39,910 nucleotides of DNA from Parcubacteria group bacterium (GCA_016204005.1 JACQLS010000021.1:1-39910), one strand, 5' to 3'; positions 1 through 9,904 are shown, counted from the first letter of the stretch. The notes: generated by a model not told the origin, from the sequence alone. Numbers and translations: made by a program.

Positions 1-1568
1 ACTACCAATAAAGTAGAAAAAACTAATAATAACAAGAGACTGCGCACAGACAGGTTATAAAAAAGCTTATATTCCTCAGCTGTTTCGACACGCTCTATGT
101 ATAAATTTGTCTTTACATCAAATGATGGGCAATTATTCAAGTCGGTCACCAGGTCTCTTGATTTAGAGATGGTTTCGTCAAGATTGTAAACCTCTTTTAA
201 TACTCCGGATCTTCCTTCCAAAAGGACACCATCGGGACTAAGGCATGTATCAAGCCTTTTGTAAAAGGAAACCAACTCCTTAGATCCGTCAGAAGAACTG
301 AAGGTGATATTTTTGTAAGACCTGTCTAGAAAAGAAATTTTGTATTTGAGGACGTCTTTTAAAACATCGAGCTTTCTATCCAAAAGTGCAAGTAGGAAGA
401 AGTTATTACCAACTTGCTCTCTTATTACATCCCTCAACGTATTGACGAATGTCTCAGGGTTATATTCTCGAATACATTCATACGCGCTATAATCTATGAT
501 TGTATTGCACTTCACTGTGATTGTTGCGGGAATGGGCGGAATAGAAAAAATTGGGATCCAAAGTGTGAGCCAAAGACCTATGCTAAGAGCTAAGAAAATA
601 AGTAGGGGGATAGATCTCATTGGGATGGGAAACATAGAAAACACGACTTCTGTTAAAGAGATATCCGTTGATGGGGTTCCCCTTCGAGACATCATAACCA
701 TCCCGAAATCTTTTTTTGAAAAAGGTACGAGTATCATATCAATCAAATATAGTTGGGTGTAAGACGCATACGCAAAAAGCATAAGCAATAAATTTCTTAG
801 TGTTTTTTCTTGTTTATACTTTCCCCACAGATGGAGCGAGCCGAGTTCGTATTTGAGCGTCGGTGGGCGGTGGAACCAGCGCTTCTTCACAGTAAAGCCC
901 AGCTCGTTCAAGAGCATCTCCAAATTGTTCACAGAGAACTGGAAAAGGTGATAGGGCGGCGTGAGCGATGACCATGGGATGCCGAACCATGCATAAAGCG
1001 TACGCCCCATCTTTGCCCATCGGGAGTCCAGGTTTGGAGTTACTATGACCAAAAGACCGTTCTCCTTCAGCACGCGAGCGGCTTCTTTTACAAAAGCGCG
1101 CGGATCACGAATGTGTTCGATGATATCCCCTAAAAAGACGACGTCAAATTCTGCATTTCCAAAACGCGCCTCCTCAAGCGTCCCCACCTTTACATCGAGC
1201 CCGTTTGCCCGCCCGATCTCCGCTGTGAGCGCATTGAGTTCGACACCCGCAACATCAAATCCGGCTTTCTTTGCGTGATACAAAAACTTGCCGCTTGAAC
1301 AGCCAACATCGAGGAGTCGCCCATCGGGCTTCAGGCGTTGTATATCACCGAGAAGCCGCGCGCGTACTCCATCAAGGCGCGTTTGCGAAAGATCTTTCGT
1401 CTTCCCCTTCTGGTACCCCGCCTTTTCGGAATAGACTTCTTCGGCGAGAAACGCTTGTTCAGGTTGTGGATCTATAAAGACAAGACCGCAATGCGGGCAT
1501 TCGCGATACGTATAGCCATCCTTTTCAAGCAAAAAGTTGGTTGCGCTATGACAAACGTGGCATGTCAT
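1..1568 (-). CDS. Class I SAM-dependent methyltransferase (N-terminal CxxC...CxxC) with a long membrane-anchored C-terminal extension; runs off the left edge (at least 522 aa)
   Basis: Not in the ORF track because it has no stop in the window. Hand translation from ATG 1568 (1 nt after the upstream TAA): MTCHVCH...RECPHCGLV...RLLDVGCSSGKFL...AGVELN...FDVVFLGDIIEHIRDP...LVIVTPN...PPYHLFQF, then open to base 3 with hydrophobic segments IPLLIFLALSIGLWLTLWIPIF and SLLLLLVFSTLLV. Confidence 0.88.
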   Translation of the reverse strand, partial: MTCHVCHSATNFLLEKDGYTYRECPHCGLVFIDPQPEQAFLAEEVYSEKAGYQKGKTKDLSQTRLDGVRARLLGDIQRLKPDGRLLDVGCSSGKFLYHAKKAGFDVAGVELNALTAEIGRANGLDVKVGTLEEARFGNAEFDVVFLGDIIEHIRDPRAFVKEAARVLKENGLLVIVTPNLDSRWAKMGRTLYAWFGIPWSSLTPPYHLFQFSVNNLEMLLNELGFTVKKRWFHRPPTLKYELGSLHLWGKYKQEKTLRNLLLMLFAYASYTQLYLIDMILVPFSKKDFGMVMMSRRGTPSTDISLTEVVFSMFPIPMRSIPLLIFLALSIGLWLTLWIPIFSIPPIPATITVKCNTIIDYSAYECIREYNPETFVNTLRDVIREQVGNNFFLLALLDRKLDVLKDVLKYKISFLDRSYKNITFSSSDGSKELVSFYKRLDTCLSPDGVLLEGRSGVLKEVYNLDETISKSRDLVTDLNNCPSFDVKTNLYIERVETAEEYKLFYNLSVRSLLLLLVFSTLLV

Positions 1569-1569
1569 A

Positions 1570-2589
1570 TTACTTGAGGAGCCCAATCTTTTTTGTCTCG
1601 TTAATAATCGTCATCGCGCGAGCTTTTGTGGAGTGTCGTTTCAAAATCTCCTGATATTCTTCGTCGAGGGCTTTCTCATCATAGCCGCTGCGCAAAAAGT
1701 CGCCGACTTTTTTCAGCTGATACTCAAAATCGTATAAGTTATTGTATTGGAAAACACGCTTAAAGTTCATTGCGTCGCTATCCGGTTCATAGAGATCGAA
1801 ACGCTCGGCAATAATAAGGCAGTCGTTACCCAAAATCTCCCAGAAGCGACGTGAGTCATACCCTGCCGCGCCCGTCGAGATGCCCACCTTGGTTCGCGCC
1901 CATATGTCGTGGGACTTTTCCGGAGAATACGGACCACGATTCAAGAGCGGCAGTTTGTATGTCTTCTTCGTGTGACAAGTAAAACCATTCTCCTTACAAA
2001 ACTTCTCCAAGAGCTCGGTTGTGTAACGGCGTGTTATCGGATAAAGCTCCTGCCCGAAGATAGAGGAGAAGTCGATGTCCTTCTTTTTGCTCGGGTCATA
2101 CTTTATGAATCGGGACTCAATGCCCAGGGGAAACGGTATCATTCCATTTGTATAGGGCTTCTCACGCCGAAAATAAAGCTGGCACTTCTCTAGCATCTCT
2201 TTGTCAGGCGCGCCGCGTCCGATGTATTCCCCCTTAATAATCTGGTACTGGAGCTCCGGGTCACGCCACCGGTTCTTCCCAATCTCCGCACCGTCAACAT
2301 AGACTGTCTTGTCCCATGCGCCAAGCTTTTCAATAAACGCTTTGTCCGTCCCATATTTTCCATACGAAAGGATGAGAAGATCCGCCTCACGCGCGAATGC
2401 TTCGAATTCTTCCTTTGAAAGCCCGAATTGTTTTGTGAACTCGCTACCAAACGGATGCGGATAGTGATTGGCGTAAGCAAACTTCAGACTTTGATTTTCT
2501 TTCGCAAGCAAACCAAGGCCGTCCAAGACAGTGTCGCAATAAAAATCATCTCGCTCTATTGGCGTTACAACGCCGATCTTATATTTCAT
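1570..2589 (-). CDS. Putative glycosyltransferase (exostosin/CgeB-like GT-B C-terminal domain)
   Basis: 339 aa; KDIDFSSIFG...TKVGISTGAAGYDSRRFWEILGNDCLII resembles the G-x-G-x-D-S-x-R-x-W-E motif; coupled to neighbours in the glycan cluster. Confidence 0.6.
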   Translation of the reverse strand: MKYKIGVVTPIERDDFYCDTVLDGLGLLAKENQSLKFAYANHYPHPFGSEFTKQFGLSKEEFEAFAREADLLILSYGKYGTDKAFIEKLGAWDKTVYVDGAEIGKNRWRDPELQYQIIKGEYIGRGAPDKEMLEKCQLYFRREKPYTNGMIPFPLGIESRFIKYDPSKKKDIDFSSIFGQELYPITRRYTTELLEKFCKENGFTCHTKKTYKLPLLNRGPYSPEKSHDIWARTKVGISTGAAGYDSRRFWEILGNDCLIIAERFDLYEPDSDAMNFKRVFQYNNLYDFEYQLKKVGDFLRSGYDEKALDEEYQEILKRHSTKARAMTIINETKKIGLLK

Positions 2590-3641
2590 GATTCTTTGAG
2601 ATCTTCGACGATACGCTTGATGAGAGTAGAGAGAGCAAATTGCTCGCGGACTTTCGTTGAAAGTTGGTCTTCCATTTTTTGTCTCAACCCCTTGTCCATA
2701 TTCATGATTGAGAGTATCTGATTAGCGGTGTCTCGAGCGTCTCTTTCATTATATAAAAGATGGCCAGCATATTCTCCAAAGAGATCCGCAAAAGCCTTGT
2801 TGGCGGAAAGCGCTAGGGTGCCCGAAGCAATGCTTTCCAAAACAGCCTTGTCCATGCCCCCCGTCGGCGTCAGGTTAAGACTTACATCCGCCTCTCTGTA
2901 TAACTTCCCCATATCGACAAAGGGCACCTTGCCGACAAAGGTGACTTTGTCTTTAAGACCCCTTGCTTCTACGAGAAGCTTGAGTGTTCTCTCGTAGGCG
3001 CTATCGCTCGGTGTTGTAGGAACACCTACGAGCTTCACATGAAATGCTTCCCCGCGTGATTGTATGATCGCGAGCGCTTCAATGAGGATATCGAGATTCT
3101 TTATTGCCGTGATTCTTCCGACATGGAGAATCTGAAGGACGTGGGAATCTGCAGAAGCACTTTTGCGCGGGAAAAGGGATACATCGATACCGTGCCCGAC
3201 AAAACGAACCTTTTTGCTTTTGAGACGAAAGGCCTCGGGCGTCGTGCTCCAGATAACATGCGCGAGTTTTTCTGCGATACGAAGTTTAAGGTCAACATTT
3301 CGGTGGACATACCAGAGCCCAATACGCCTCCTTAGAAGCCGCCAGAGGTCACCCCCCAAGACGACATATTCCGGATTCATGTGCACAAACACTTTTTCAT
3401 ACTGATGTCGTTCCTTCCAAATGATTCGAAAAAAGCGCCACAGATATAAAATCCTGGAGCGCTTTTTTTCTTTACCTAGGGAAAACACACGAACGTTCTT
3501 TGGGAGGTCGTGCGCACCCTCTTCGAGGCAGATGACAGTGAGCTTTTTGCTCTGTTTCGCGAACTCTAAAAGCCAATGGTAGAAGAAACCGAGTGTTTCG
3601 TCTTGCGAATCAACTTTTTGCGTTATTATTAAAAGATTCAT
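2586..3641 (-). CDS. GT4 family glycosyltransferase
   Basis: Start moved to ATG 3641 (MNLLIITQKVD); GHGID, HVGRITAIKNLD, GGMDKAVLESIASG motifs. Confidence 0.9.
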   Translation of the reverse strand: MNLLIITQKVDSQDETLGFFYHWLLEFAKQSKKLTVICLEEGAHDLPKNVRVFSLGKEKKRSRILYLWRFFRIIWKERHQYEKVFVHMNPEYVVLGGDLWRLLRRRIGLWYVHRNVDLKLRIAEKLAHVIWSTTPEAFRLKSKKVRFVGHGIDVSLFPRKSASADSHVLQILHVGRITAIKNLDILIEALAIIQSRGEAFHVKLVGVPTTPSDSAYERTLKLLVEARGLKDKVTFVGKVPFVDMGKLYREADVSLNLTPTGGMDKAVLESIASGTLALSANKAFADLFGEYAGHLLYNERDARDTANQILSIMNMDKGLRQKMEDQLSTKVREQFALSTLIKRIVEDLKES

Positions 3642-4428
3642 TGGAAGATGTCTTTTCCTTTGGAACAGGTAGTGCCACAAGTTTGTTGTTGATCTCTTCA
3701 ACTCGCTCGAGGAGTCCGATATCAACTCCAAGCTCATGGGCTTTCTGAATCAAAGCGCGGGTGTCTTTTGGAATACATTTGCCGCCGTACCCACGATACC
3801 CCTTGTGAAAGACGGTAAGGTGGCTTCGCCCGATGCGCTTGTCAGCCGCGGTAGCATCTTTAACTCGGTCATAATCAATGCCCAGTGCCTCGCAAATGTC
3901 ATACATCTGGTTCGCAAACACTACCTTTGTTCCAAACCACGTGTTGCTGAAATACTTCACCATCTCTGCTTCTGTTGCCGGCAAAATACGCTCAAATGAA
4001 GCAAGGGGAAGAATCTGCATGAAATCACCTGCGATAGAGTAACTCTCTTTTGTGTACCCAACAATTTGCCGGTCGGGGTACCGCATGTCCTGATCCGCGG
4101 TCTCCTCCGTTAAGAATTCTGGGTTAAAAATGAATTTCTGTTGCGGGTATTCCTTCTGGAGTAATTCCGTAGTACCGGGAAGCACTGTCGATTTGATGAC
4201 AACGATTTTCCCCGGGAGAAGCCCGTTTACAGCCTCACGGACGATAGAGAGGTCAAAACCACCCTTCTCTTCATCATACGGCGTAGGAACACAGATGAAA
4301 ACGGCATCCGCCTGATTCACCTCTTTAAGAGACCCCAAACCTTTGTGTGGATCGTAGAGGATTGGGTCTTTAAAAACACGCGCAACAGCGCCGCCCACCA
4401 TGCCAACACCCATAATGCCTACTTTCAT
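3610..4428 (-). CDS. ugd: UDP-glucose/GDP-mannose dehydrogenase family, short form
   Basis: GVGMVG Rossmann motif, ICVPTP, KSTVLPGTT, NPEFL, AEMVKY, catalytic GYGGKCIPKD. Confidence 0.88.
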   Translation of the reverse strand: MKVGIMGVGMVGGAVARVFKDPILYDPHKGLGSLKEVNQADAVFICVPTPYDEEKGGFDLSIVREAVNGLLPGKIVVIKSTVLPGTTELLQKEYPQQKFIFNPEFLTEETADQDMRYPDRQIVGYTKESYSIAGDFMQILPLASFERILPATEAEMVKYFSNTWFGTKVVFANQMYDICEALGIDYDRVKDATAADKRIGRSHLTVFHKGYRGYGGKCIPKDTRALIQKAHELGVDIGLLERVEEINNKLVALPVPKEKTSSNESFNNNAKS

Positions 4429-4507
4429 AGAATGCGTTGAGAGTTATACAATAATTTGAATATCCTATGGTATATGCTAACAACCGGAAATGCAAAAAAG
4501 TTCGACT

Positions 4508-5203
4508 TTACTCTCCCCTTAAATCATTTTCTTTTTTGAGCGCTCCTTCTGCGTTGATAACGTCTTCGGGCATATTAACCGTAACCCACATCGTCGCCGC
4601 ACGGACATGAACGGGGCGATCTTTCGCAAGTTGAGTGAGGAGTACTGGAATAAAGTATTCTCCGTTCGAGTGCGGTTCTGCTTTGTATCTAAAAATATCA
4701 GGGTCAAGTACCATGGCCCCTGTCGCCACCAAGTTTGTCGGGGGCTCCTTTGGTTTTTCTATAATGTCGCGGAGTGTTCCGTCTTCATTTAAAGTGAGAA
4801 CCCCAAACCTCTCGGGATGATCATGCTTTTCTGCAAGGAGACCCAAAGGAAGTTTTACGAGATCTTCGAGTGACCTTTTGTCGTAGATATCGTCGGCATT
4901 TAGGAGCAAGAACTTCCCTTTGAGGTGTTCCTTGCAAAGACCGAGAGCGTGAGCCGTCCCCAGCTGTTCCTCCTGCCATACGTACTGTATTTTCCTCCCA
5001 AATGCTTCGTCTCCTATTTCTTTGACAATCTGGTCACCTCGGTAGCCGACGACAATGAGGACTTGGACGATTTCGTCGGGAAGACGCTCGAGAATATGTC
5101 GCATAATCGGCTTGCCAGAGACTAAGACAAGCGACTTTGGACGTGTTTCCGTAAGCGGTCGAAGCCGCGTCCCCTTTCCTGCTGCTAAAATAACACATTG
5201 CAT
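4508..5203 (-). CDS. Sugar-phosphate nucleotidyltransferase (RmlA/GlmU N-terminal-like)
   Basis: ILAAGKGTRLRPLT...PK, QLGTAHAL, IIEKP; start moved to ATG 5203. Confidence 0.9.
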   Translation of the reverse strand: MQCVILAAGKGTRLRPLTETRPKSLVLVSGKPIMRHILERLPDEIVQVLIVVGYRGDQIVKEIGDEAFGRKIQYVWQEEQLGTAHALGLCKEHLKGKFLLLNADDIYDKRSLEDLVKLPLGLLAEKHDHPERFGVLTLNEDGTLRDIIEKPKEPPTNLVATGAMVLDPDIFRYKAEPHSNGEYFIPVLLTQLAKDRPVHVRAATMWVTVNMPEDVINAEGALKKENDLRGE

Positions 5204-5221
5204 AAATGTTTGATTCAACAA

Positions 5222-6208
5222 TTAGAGCACAGACATTATGGCTTTAGCCAACTTCTCCGAGTCATGACGAATGAGTGTACGCCGCAACATATCTACCTTC
5301 GGCGTCTCGTGAAGACGATCGGCAAGCAAATTGAGCCCAAGAACAGAACGTCCTCGAAACTCTTTTGTTGGAACAAATTGAACCGGCTCTCCTTCGTCAA
5401 CGTTTTCATGAATGAGTCGCTGGGAAGGTTTCTTCGTATTATAAATGACTGTCTCAATAATTCCAGGTTTGAGTCTTGACTCTATTTCGCGCACATAATC
5501 AAACACGGAGAATCCGTCAGTGTGCCCGTGCTTAGTCATTAGATTTGCAATAAAAACTTTCTTCGCTTTAGAATGCACGACCGCGGCCCTTAGACCGCCT
5601 ACAAGAAAATTAGGAAGAAGTGAACTATAGAGGTTTCCGGGCCCTATCACAATCATGTCTGCTTCTTTAATCGCAGTAATTGCCTTTGGGTTAACTTGTG
5701 CGCTCGGAGAAAGGTAGAGACGCTTCAAACCAAATCGTGAGATGAGTTGGTAGGCTGAAATAGCGGCCTCGCCATACAGCACCTTACCGTTATTAAGCTC
5801 CGCTATTAAGCGCACCTTTTCGAGAGTTACGGGGCAGACAGACCCTCTGATTTGCAAAACGCCACCTGCGAGGTCGACCGCTTTATCGAGGCTCCCGGTA
5901 ATCTGTTCCAGTGCGCTCAAAAACAAATTTCCCGCGCTATGACCGGCGAGTTCTCCGCTCTGGAAACGGTGGGAAAACAACTGTTGCAAGATAGGGTCTC
6001 CTTCTGAAAGAGCAACCAAGCACTGACGAACATCGCCCGGCGGCAAGACACCAAACTCGGTGCGAAGACGCCCCGTTGAACCGCCATCATCAGCCATAGT
6101 AACAACCGCGGTTAAGTTAACCGGATGTTTCTTAAGGCCAGAAAGCACGGTATGTGAACCTGTGCCGCCGCCTATGACCACTATATTTGGTTTTCGGTTT
6201 TCAGACAT
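5222..6208 (-). CDS. yvcK: YvcK/GlmR (UPF0052, CofD-like) UDP-GlcNAc-binding protein
   Basis: VVIGGGTG, ADDGGSTGRLR, LPPGDVRQCL, GHSAGNL, IGPGNLYSSLLPN, RHDSEKLA. Confidence 0.92.
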   Translation of the reverse strand: MSENRKPNIVVIGGGTGSHTVLSGLKKHPVNLTAVVTMADDGGSTGRLRTEFGVLPPGDVRQCLVALSEGDPILQQLFSHRFQSGELAGHSAGNLFLSALEQITGSLDKAVDLAGGVLQIRGSVCPVTLEKVRLIAELNNGKVLYGEAAISAYQLISRFGLKRLYLSPSAQVNPKAITAIKEADMIVIGPGNLYSSLLPNFLVGGLRAAVVHSKAKKVFIANLMTKHGHTDGFSVFDYVREIESRLKPGIIETVIYNTKKPSQRLIHENVDEGEPVQFVPTKEFRGRSVLGLNLLADRLHETPKVDMLRRTLIRHDSEKLAKAIMSVL

Positions 6209-7314
6209 TGTGTAAGCGCCGCTTTGTACCGCGAAAGGTAGTCTGCTTCAGAATAGGAGAGAGAGTTTATGGCCTGCTCGGCTTTAAGCACCAGGGAGTC
6301 CCTTGCTCTGCCCCCCACCTCAAGTTCTATAAGACGCTCCGCAAGACATCTCGCATCTCCAACGGAACAGACGAGGGCGCTCAAACGATCTTTGAGAATT
6401 TCTCCGGCTATGCCGACATTAGTTGTTACAATTGGGCATCCTGCCGCGGCCGCTTCAACAAGTGCCATGCCAAATCCTTCGTAATTCGACGTCAGGAGAA
6501 ACGCATCCGCACTTTTATAATATGATACCAGATCATCCTGCCACTCTTCAAAGACGACATTGGCTTCCAGCTTATCCTGTATGACTTTTAGCTTTAACCT
6601 GTCGCCTTCTGGGCCACTTCCTACTATAACTAGCCCCGCCTTCGGGTGGTTTACCACGACGTCACGAAAAGCCCGAATGGCAAGGGTATGGTTTTTTTCT
6701 ATCGTCTGGCGGCCGACAGAGAGGACAATAAAATCAAATTGTGGGTATTTGTCGCGCAGACTGAACTTTTGTTCTGCGTTGTGTATTTTTTTGATATCAA
6801 CATAGATGGGCAAAACAACGGGTTCAGTCTGTAGTCTGTAGTTCGTAGTTTGTAGTGATTGTTTTATACGCTCTGAAACGACACGGATGCAGTCGGCGCG
6901 GGGTAATAGGAGCCGCGCGATGAGAACGCGCACTTTGTTCACAAACGTCTTCGCAAAATACGGGGAAAGAAAATCTGTGTGTATTTGAAGCTGAATAGGC
7001 ACCCCTAGTCTCTTTGCCGTCCTCCAAGCCAGAAAACCGAGCTCGAATGGGTCTTGAGAGGTAACCAAACTGACACTCTTGAACTCGGCAATAGAAATGC
7101 CGCGCATCATGAGCATAAACCAAGAAAGAATGCCCCCGGCAGAAATGTGCCATGCCGTGACATTATCCGCAATAGCGACTGGCGTGAAGTGCCCCCTTCC
7201 GACCACGATGATGGAAAGGCGGTCAAAGATAGAACCGTAGTTAATCATGCGATTCCGAACCGCGCTTTTCGCATCAAAAATCTTCACGTCTGTTGAAAAC
7301 ATCAGGACGTGCAT
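6181..7314 (-). CDS. GT4 family glycosyltransferase
   Basis: SVGRQTIEKN, VGSGPE, TSNYEGFGMALVEAAAAGCPIVTT. Confidence 0.92.
   Translation of the reverse strand: MHVLMFSTDVKIFDAKSAVRNRMINYGSIFDRLSIIVVGRGHFTPVAIADNVTAWHISAGGILSWFMLMMRGISIAEFKSVSLVTSQDPFELGFLAWRTAKRLGVPIQLQIHTDFLSPYFAKTFVNKVRVLIARLLLPRADCIRVVSERIKQSLQTTNYRLQTEPVVLPIYVDIKKIHNAEQKFSLRDKYPQFDFIVLSVGRQTIEKNHTLAIRAFRDVVVNHPKAGLVIVGSGPEGDRLKLKVIQDKLEANVVFEEWQDDLVSYYKSADAFLLTSNYEGFGMALVEAAAAGCPIVTTNVGIAGEILKDRLSALVCSVGDARCLAERLIELEVGGRARDSLVLKAEQAINSLSYSEADYLSRYKAALTQCLKTENQI
6826..6856. repeat. Degenerate 7-nt tandem repeat inside a CDS (encodes LQTTNYRLQT)
   Basis: agtctgt-agtctgt-agttcgt-agtttgt-agt. Confidence 0.75.
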
Positions 7315-7315
7315 A

Positions 7316-8377
7316 TTATTTTTGCATCTGCGACAAGACGTGCTTCAAGAACGCGTCGAAGCGAAGATACTTTTTAAACGTTTCGCGCGCCTGTACCTGT
7401 GCAGCAGCAAATTCTTCCGGGGAATGTTTGTTATAAAAATCTAAAATGTATTCTTCCACGCGTCCTACATCCTCATGGGGAACGACCACAACGAAATCAC
7501 GATACTTGATTTCTTTTTCAAGCGGCAGAATGGACTCTGTGTCAACAAGAACGGGAATGCGCCCGAGGGCAAGTGCCTCGTAAAACCGGACGGAGAAATT
7601 CCCGTCACCACGAGGGGCAAGAACAAAATCCGACTCTTGAATGTTCTTGAGGTACTCTGCGCGCATTGCTTCTTGCGTCATGGCACGCTTCGCATGCTTA
7701 TTGGCAACGTAAAAATCGCGGGATATAAACGAGGTCTCGACACGTGGGGAATTAAGAAGCGTGCGCATAGCCTTTCGCCGAAAATAAACCCCCTGCTTGT
7801 GGGCATTGGCGTGTGAGTCATGGAGAACAATGCTACGAAAATCACACAACAGTAATTTCTGATAATATCGAAGGCGCTGACGGAGTGATTGAAACTCCGA
7901 CCATCCGCAGAAACTGACGACTGGCTTTTCTGACTTCTGTCGTATACTAAAATTTTCATCCAAGAGAATATCGCCACCGTACACCTGCGGCACCATTATG
8001 ATCTCATTGTCTTGCTTTTTGTATTTATATTGCCCAACGCAAAAAACCTGCGCGTTGGGTATCTTCTCATACTCACTTTCGTCTGAATAATGAAACAGTA
8101 AAATCTTTTTATTGTGTTCTTGAGCAAGGCGCGTGAAGTGTTCTATATACCCCCTTTCCTTCTGCGCAAATGAGTAGTTATGCGGGACCATGAAAAAGTC
8201 TGCTTCCGCAGGATTGTGCACCACGTTTATGAAGCCAAAATCCATCTCATCAAAAATCGCCCGAAAGGGCTTCGGGCCGACATATTCGGATACGCCCAGG
8301 TGGCGTTTTAAAATCGGATAGAGGGGCCGCTCCGGCAAGGTGGCACCGATATACACCGAGATCGCTTTATCTGCCAT
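7316..8377 (-). CDS. Exostosin-family (GT47-like) glycosyltransferase
   Basis: NPAEADFFMVP, KPVVSFCG, SDFVLAPRGDGNFSVRFYEALALGRIPVLVD...LPLE. Confidence 0.85.
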   Translation of the reverse strand: MADKAISVYIGATLPERPLYPILKRHLGVSEYVGPKPFRAIFDEMDFGFINVVHNPAEADFFMVPHNYSFAQKERGYIEHFTRLAQEHNKKILLFHYSDESEYEKIPNAQVFCVGQYKYKKQDNEIIMVPQVYGGDILLDENFSIRQKSEKPVVSFCGWSEFQSLRQRLRYYQKLLLCDFRSIVLHDSHANAHKQGVYFRRKAMRTLLNSPRVETSFISRDFYVANKHAKRAMTQEAMRAEYLKNIQESDFVLAPRGDGNFSVRFYEALALGRIPVLVDTESILPLEKEIKYRDFVVVVPHEDVGRVEEYILDFYNKHSPEEFAAAQVQARETFKKYLRFDAFLKHVLSQMQK

Positions 8378-8382
8378 ACGTA

Positions 8383-9900
8383 TTAGAACGATACAAGCAC
8401 CCTTTTCGTTGCCTCTAGCATGTGTTCTTTCGAGAACTGCCTTACGTATTCTTCTGCATTTTTAGAGCGTTTTTCTGCTTCTCCGCGCTCTTTCAAAACG
8501 GAAAGAATCGCCGCCGCAAGAGCCCCCCTATCGTTGTAAGAAACAAGGAGTCCCGTCTTTCCATTTTCTATGAGCTCCGGATTGCCACCCACATTGGTGG
8601 TAACGATAGGGACGCCAATCCCCATTGCTTCGAGAATGAGGTGAGAAAGACCCTCATACCCAGTATTAAGTACAAAGAGATCCGAGGCCTGCAAATACTT
8701 TAGGAGTTCATCGTGGGAAACATTACCCGCCATGAGTACCGGAGTCTTTAGCTTTAAGCTTTGAGCTTTGAGCTTTTCTTCTTGAGGGCCTGAACCCACA
8801 ACAATCAATTTCACATCGGGTATTTGTTTCTGAATCTCTGTCATGAGATCAATCAATGTATCGAACCCTTTCCATGGAACAAGACGCCCCGCTGAGACAA
8901 TGACAGATCCGCTTAGGTGGAGGGCCTTGCGCAGTTCGTCTCTACTCTCACCACTCTGCGGTGCTTCAAATGCGTTATGTATGACAACAATCTTTTCCCC
9001 GGGAACTCCCCACAACATGACTATCTTTTTTAAATATTCACTTGGCACAATAACTTTATCCGCCTTCTTGGCGACCAGATGCTCAATCTTTCGCCTCAAT
9101 TCTGTCACAAGATCAAAGTGTCTTTTTTGGAACTCCTCCGGCGTGATGAAAGAAGAGTCTGAAATTTCTAGTTTTTGTTTTTGCAGTAACTGCTCCCAGG
9201 CGTAGTCACCGACTATTTTGACGAAGAACTTCTTTTTGAGCATTCTTGCCGCAAGAAATGCGGGGAAACCAACAGAGACCGGATCAAGAGCAAAAACGAC
9301 ATCTGCGTGTGTCGCTCTCTGCAAGATTTCAAAAAAATATATAAAGTGGCGGACGACTCTCGGGAACACACGAACACTTCTGAACGGGAAAACTTCAATG
9401 GGAACGTTACGCTTGGGGAGTTCTTCTTCTATTATTTTCACATAGGTGGCAGGACCACCCGTCTCTGGAGGGTAAAGTCCCGTGGCGACAAGGACTTTTC
9501 CCGTTTTCCTCTCCTTTGCCCCGCGCATCGTGAAAATAAGGCTATAAAAGAGGAAGCTCGCCGCCGCAATCGCGCCGATAACAAGAATCTGCGCAACCAT
9601 GTAATGCATCTCAAATGCTTCGACCAATACATACATGAAGGCGCCATTGAGGATAATGTCGACGGTGGCGATAATAGCATAATAAAAAAATTGGACGGGG
9701 GCGCTTTCGAGATTTTCATTTTTAAACGTCCAAAACTTCTGGAGGGCGAAACTGACGACAATAGCAACACCCACGGCAACCGTTGAGGCAAAAATATAGT
9801 GGTAACCAAACGTGTTGACAAGCACATACAAAAGACCCAAGTGTACCACTCCAGCGGAGAAGCCCGAGATGCCGTATCTAAGAAGCGCGAAGTTAAACAT
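8383..9900 (-). CDS. GtrA-like 4-TM domain fused to a GT4 glycosyltransferase
   Basis: N-terminal ~125 aa hydrophobic with SFALQKFWTFK; then YPPETGGPATY, SAGRLVPWKG, YEGLSHLILEAMGIGVPIVTT. Confidence 0.88.
   Translation of the reverse strand: MFNFALLRYGISGFSAGVVHLGLLYVLVNTFGYHYIFASTVAVGVAIVVSFALQKFWTFKNENLESAPVQFFYYAIIATVDIILNGAFMYVLVEAFEMHYMVAQILVIGAIAAASFLFYSLIFTMRGAKERKTGKVLVATGLYPPETGGPATYVKIIEEELPKRNVPIEVFPFRSVRVFPRVVRHFIYFFEILQRATHADVVFALDPVSVGFPAFLAARMLKKKFFVKIVGDYAWEQLLQKQKLEISDSSFITPEEFQKRHFDLVTELRRKIEHLVAKKADKVIVPSEYLKKIVMLWGVPGEKIVVIHNAFEAPQSGESRDELRKALHLSGSVIVSAGRLVPWKGFDTLIDLMTEIQKQIPDVKLIVVGSGPQEEKLKAQSLKLKTPVLMAGNVSHDELLKYLQASDLFVLNTGYEGLSHLILEAMGIGVPIVTTNVGGNPELIENGKTGLLVSYNDRGALAAAILSVLKERGEAEKRSKNAEEYVRQFSKEHMLEATKRVLVSF
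8747..8777. repeat. Degenerate 7-nt tandem repeat inside a CDS (encodes KLKAQSLKLK)
   Basis: tttagct-ttaagct-ttgagct-ttgagct-ttt. Confidence 0.75.
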
Positions 9901-9904
9901 ACAA

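Noticed and set aside
496..1577. Short ORF-track calls at 496-762, 814-1020, 1045-1278, 1271-1477 and 1338-1577
   Set aside because: All are shadows of the long minus-strand methyltransferase ORF (1-1568).
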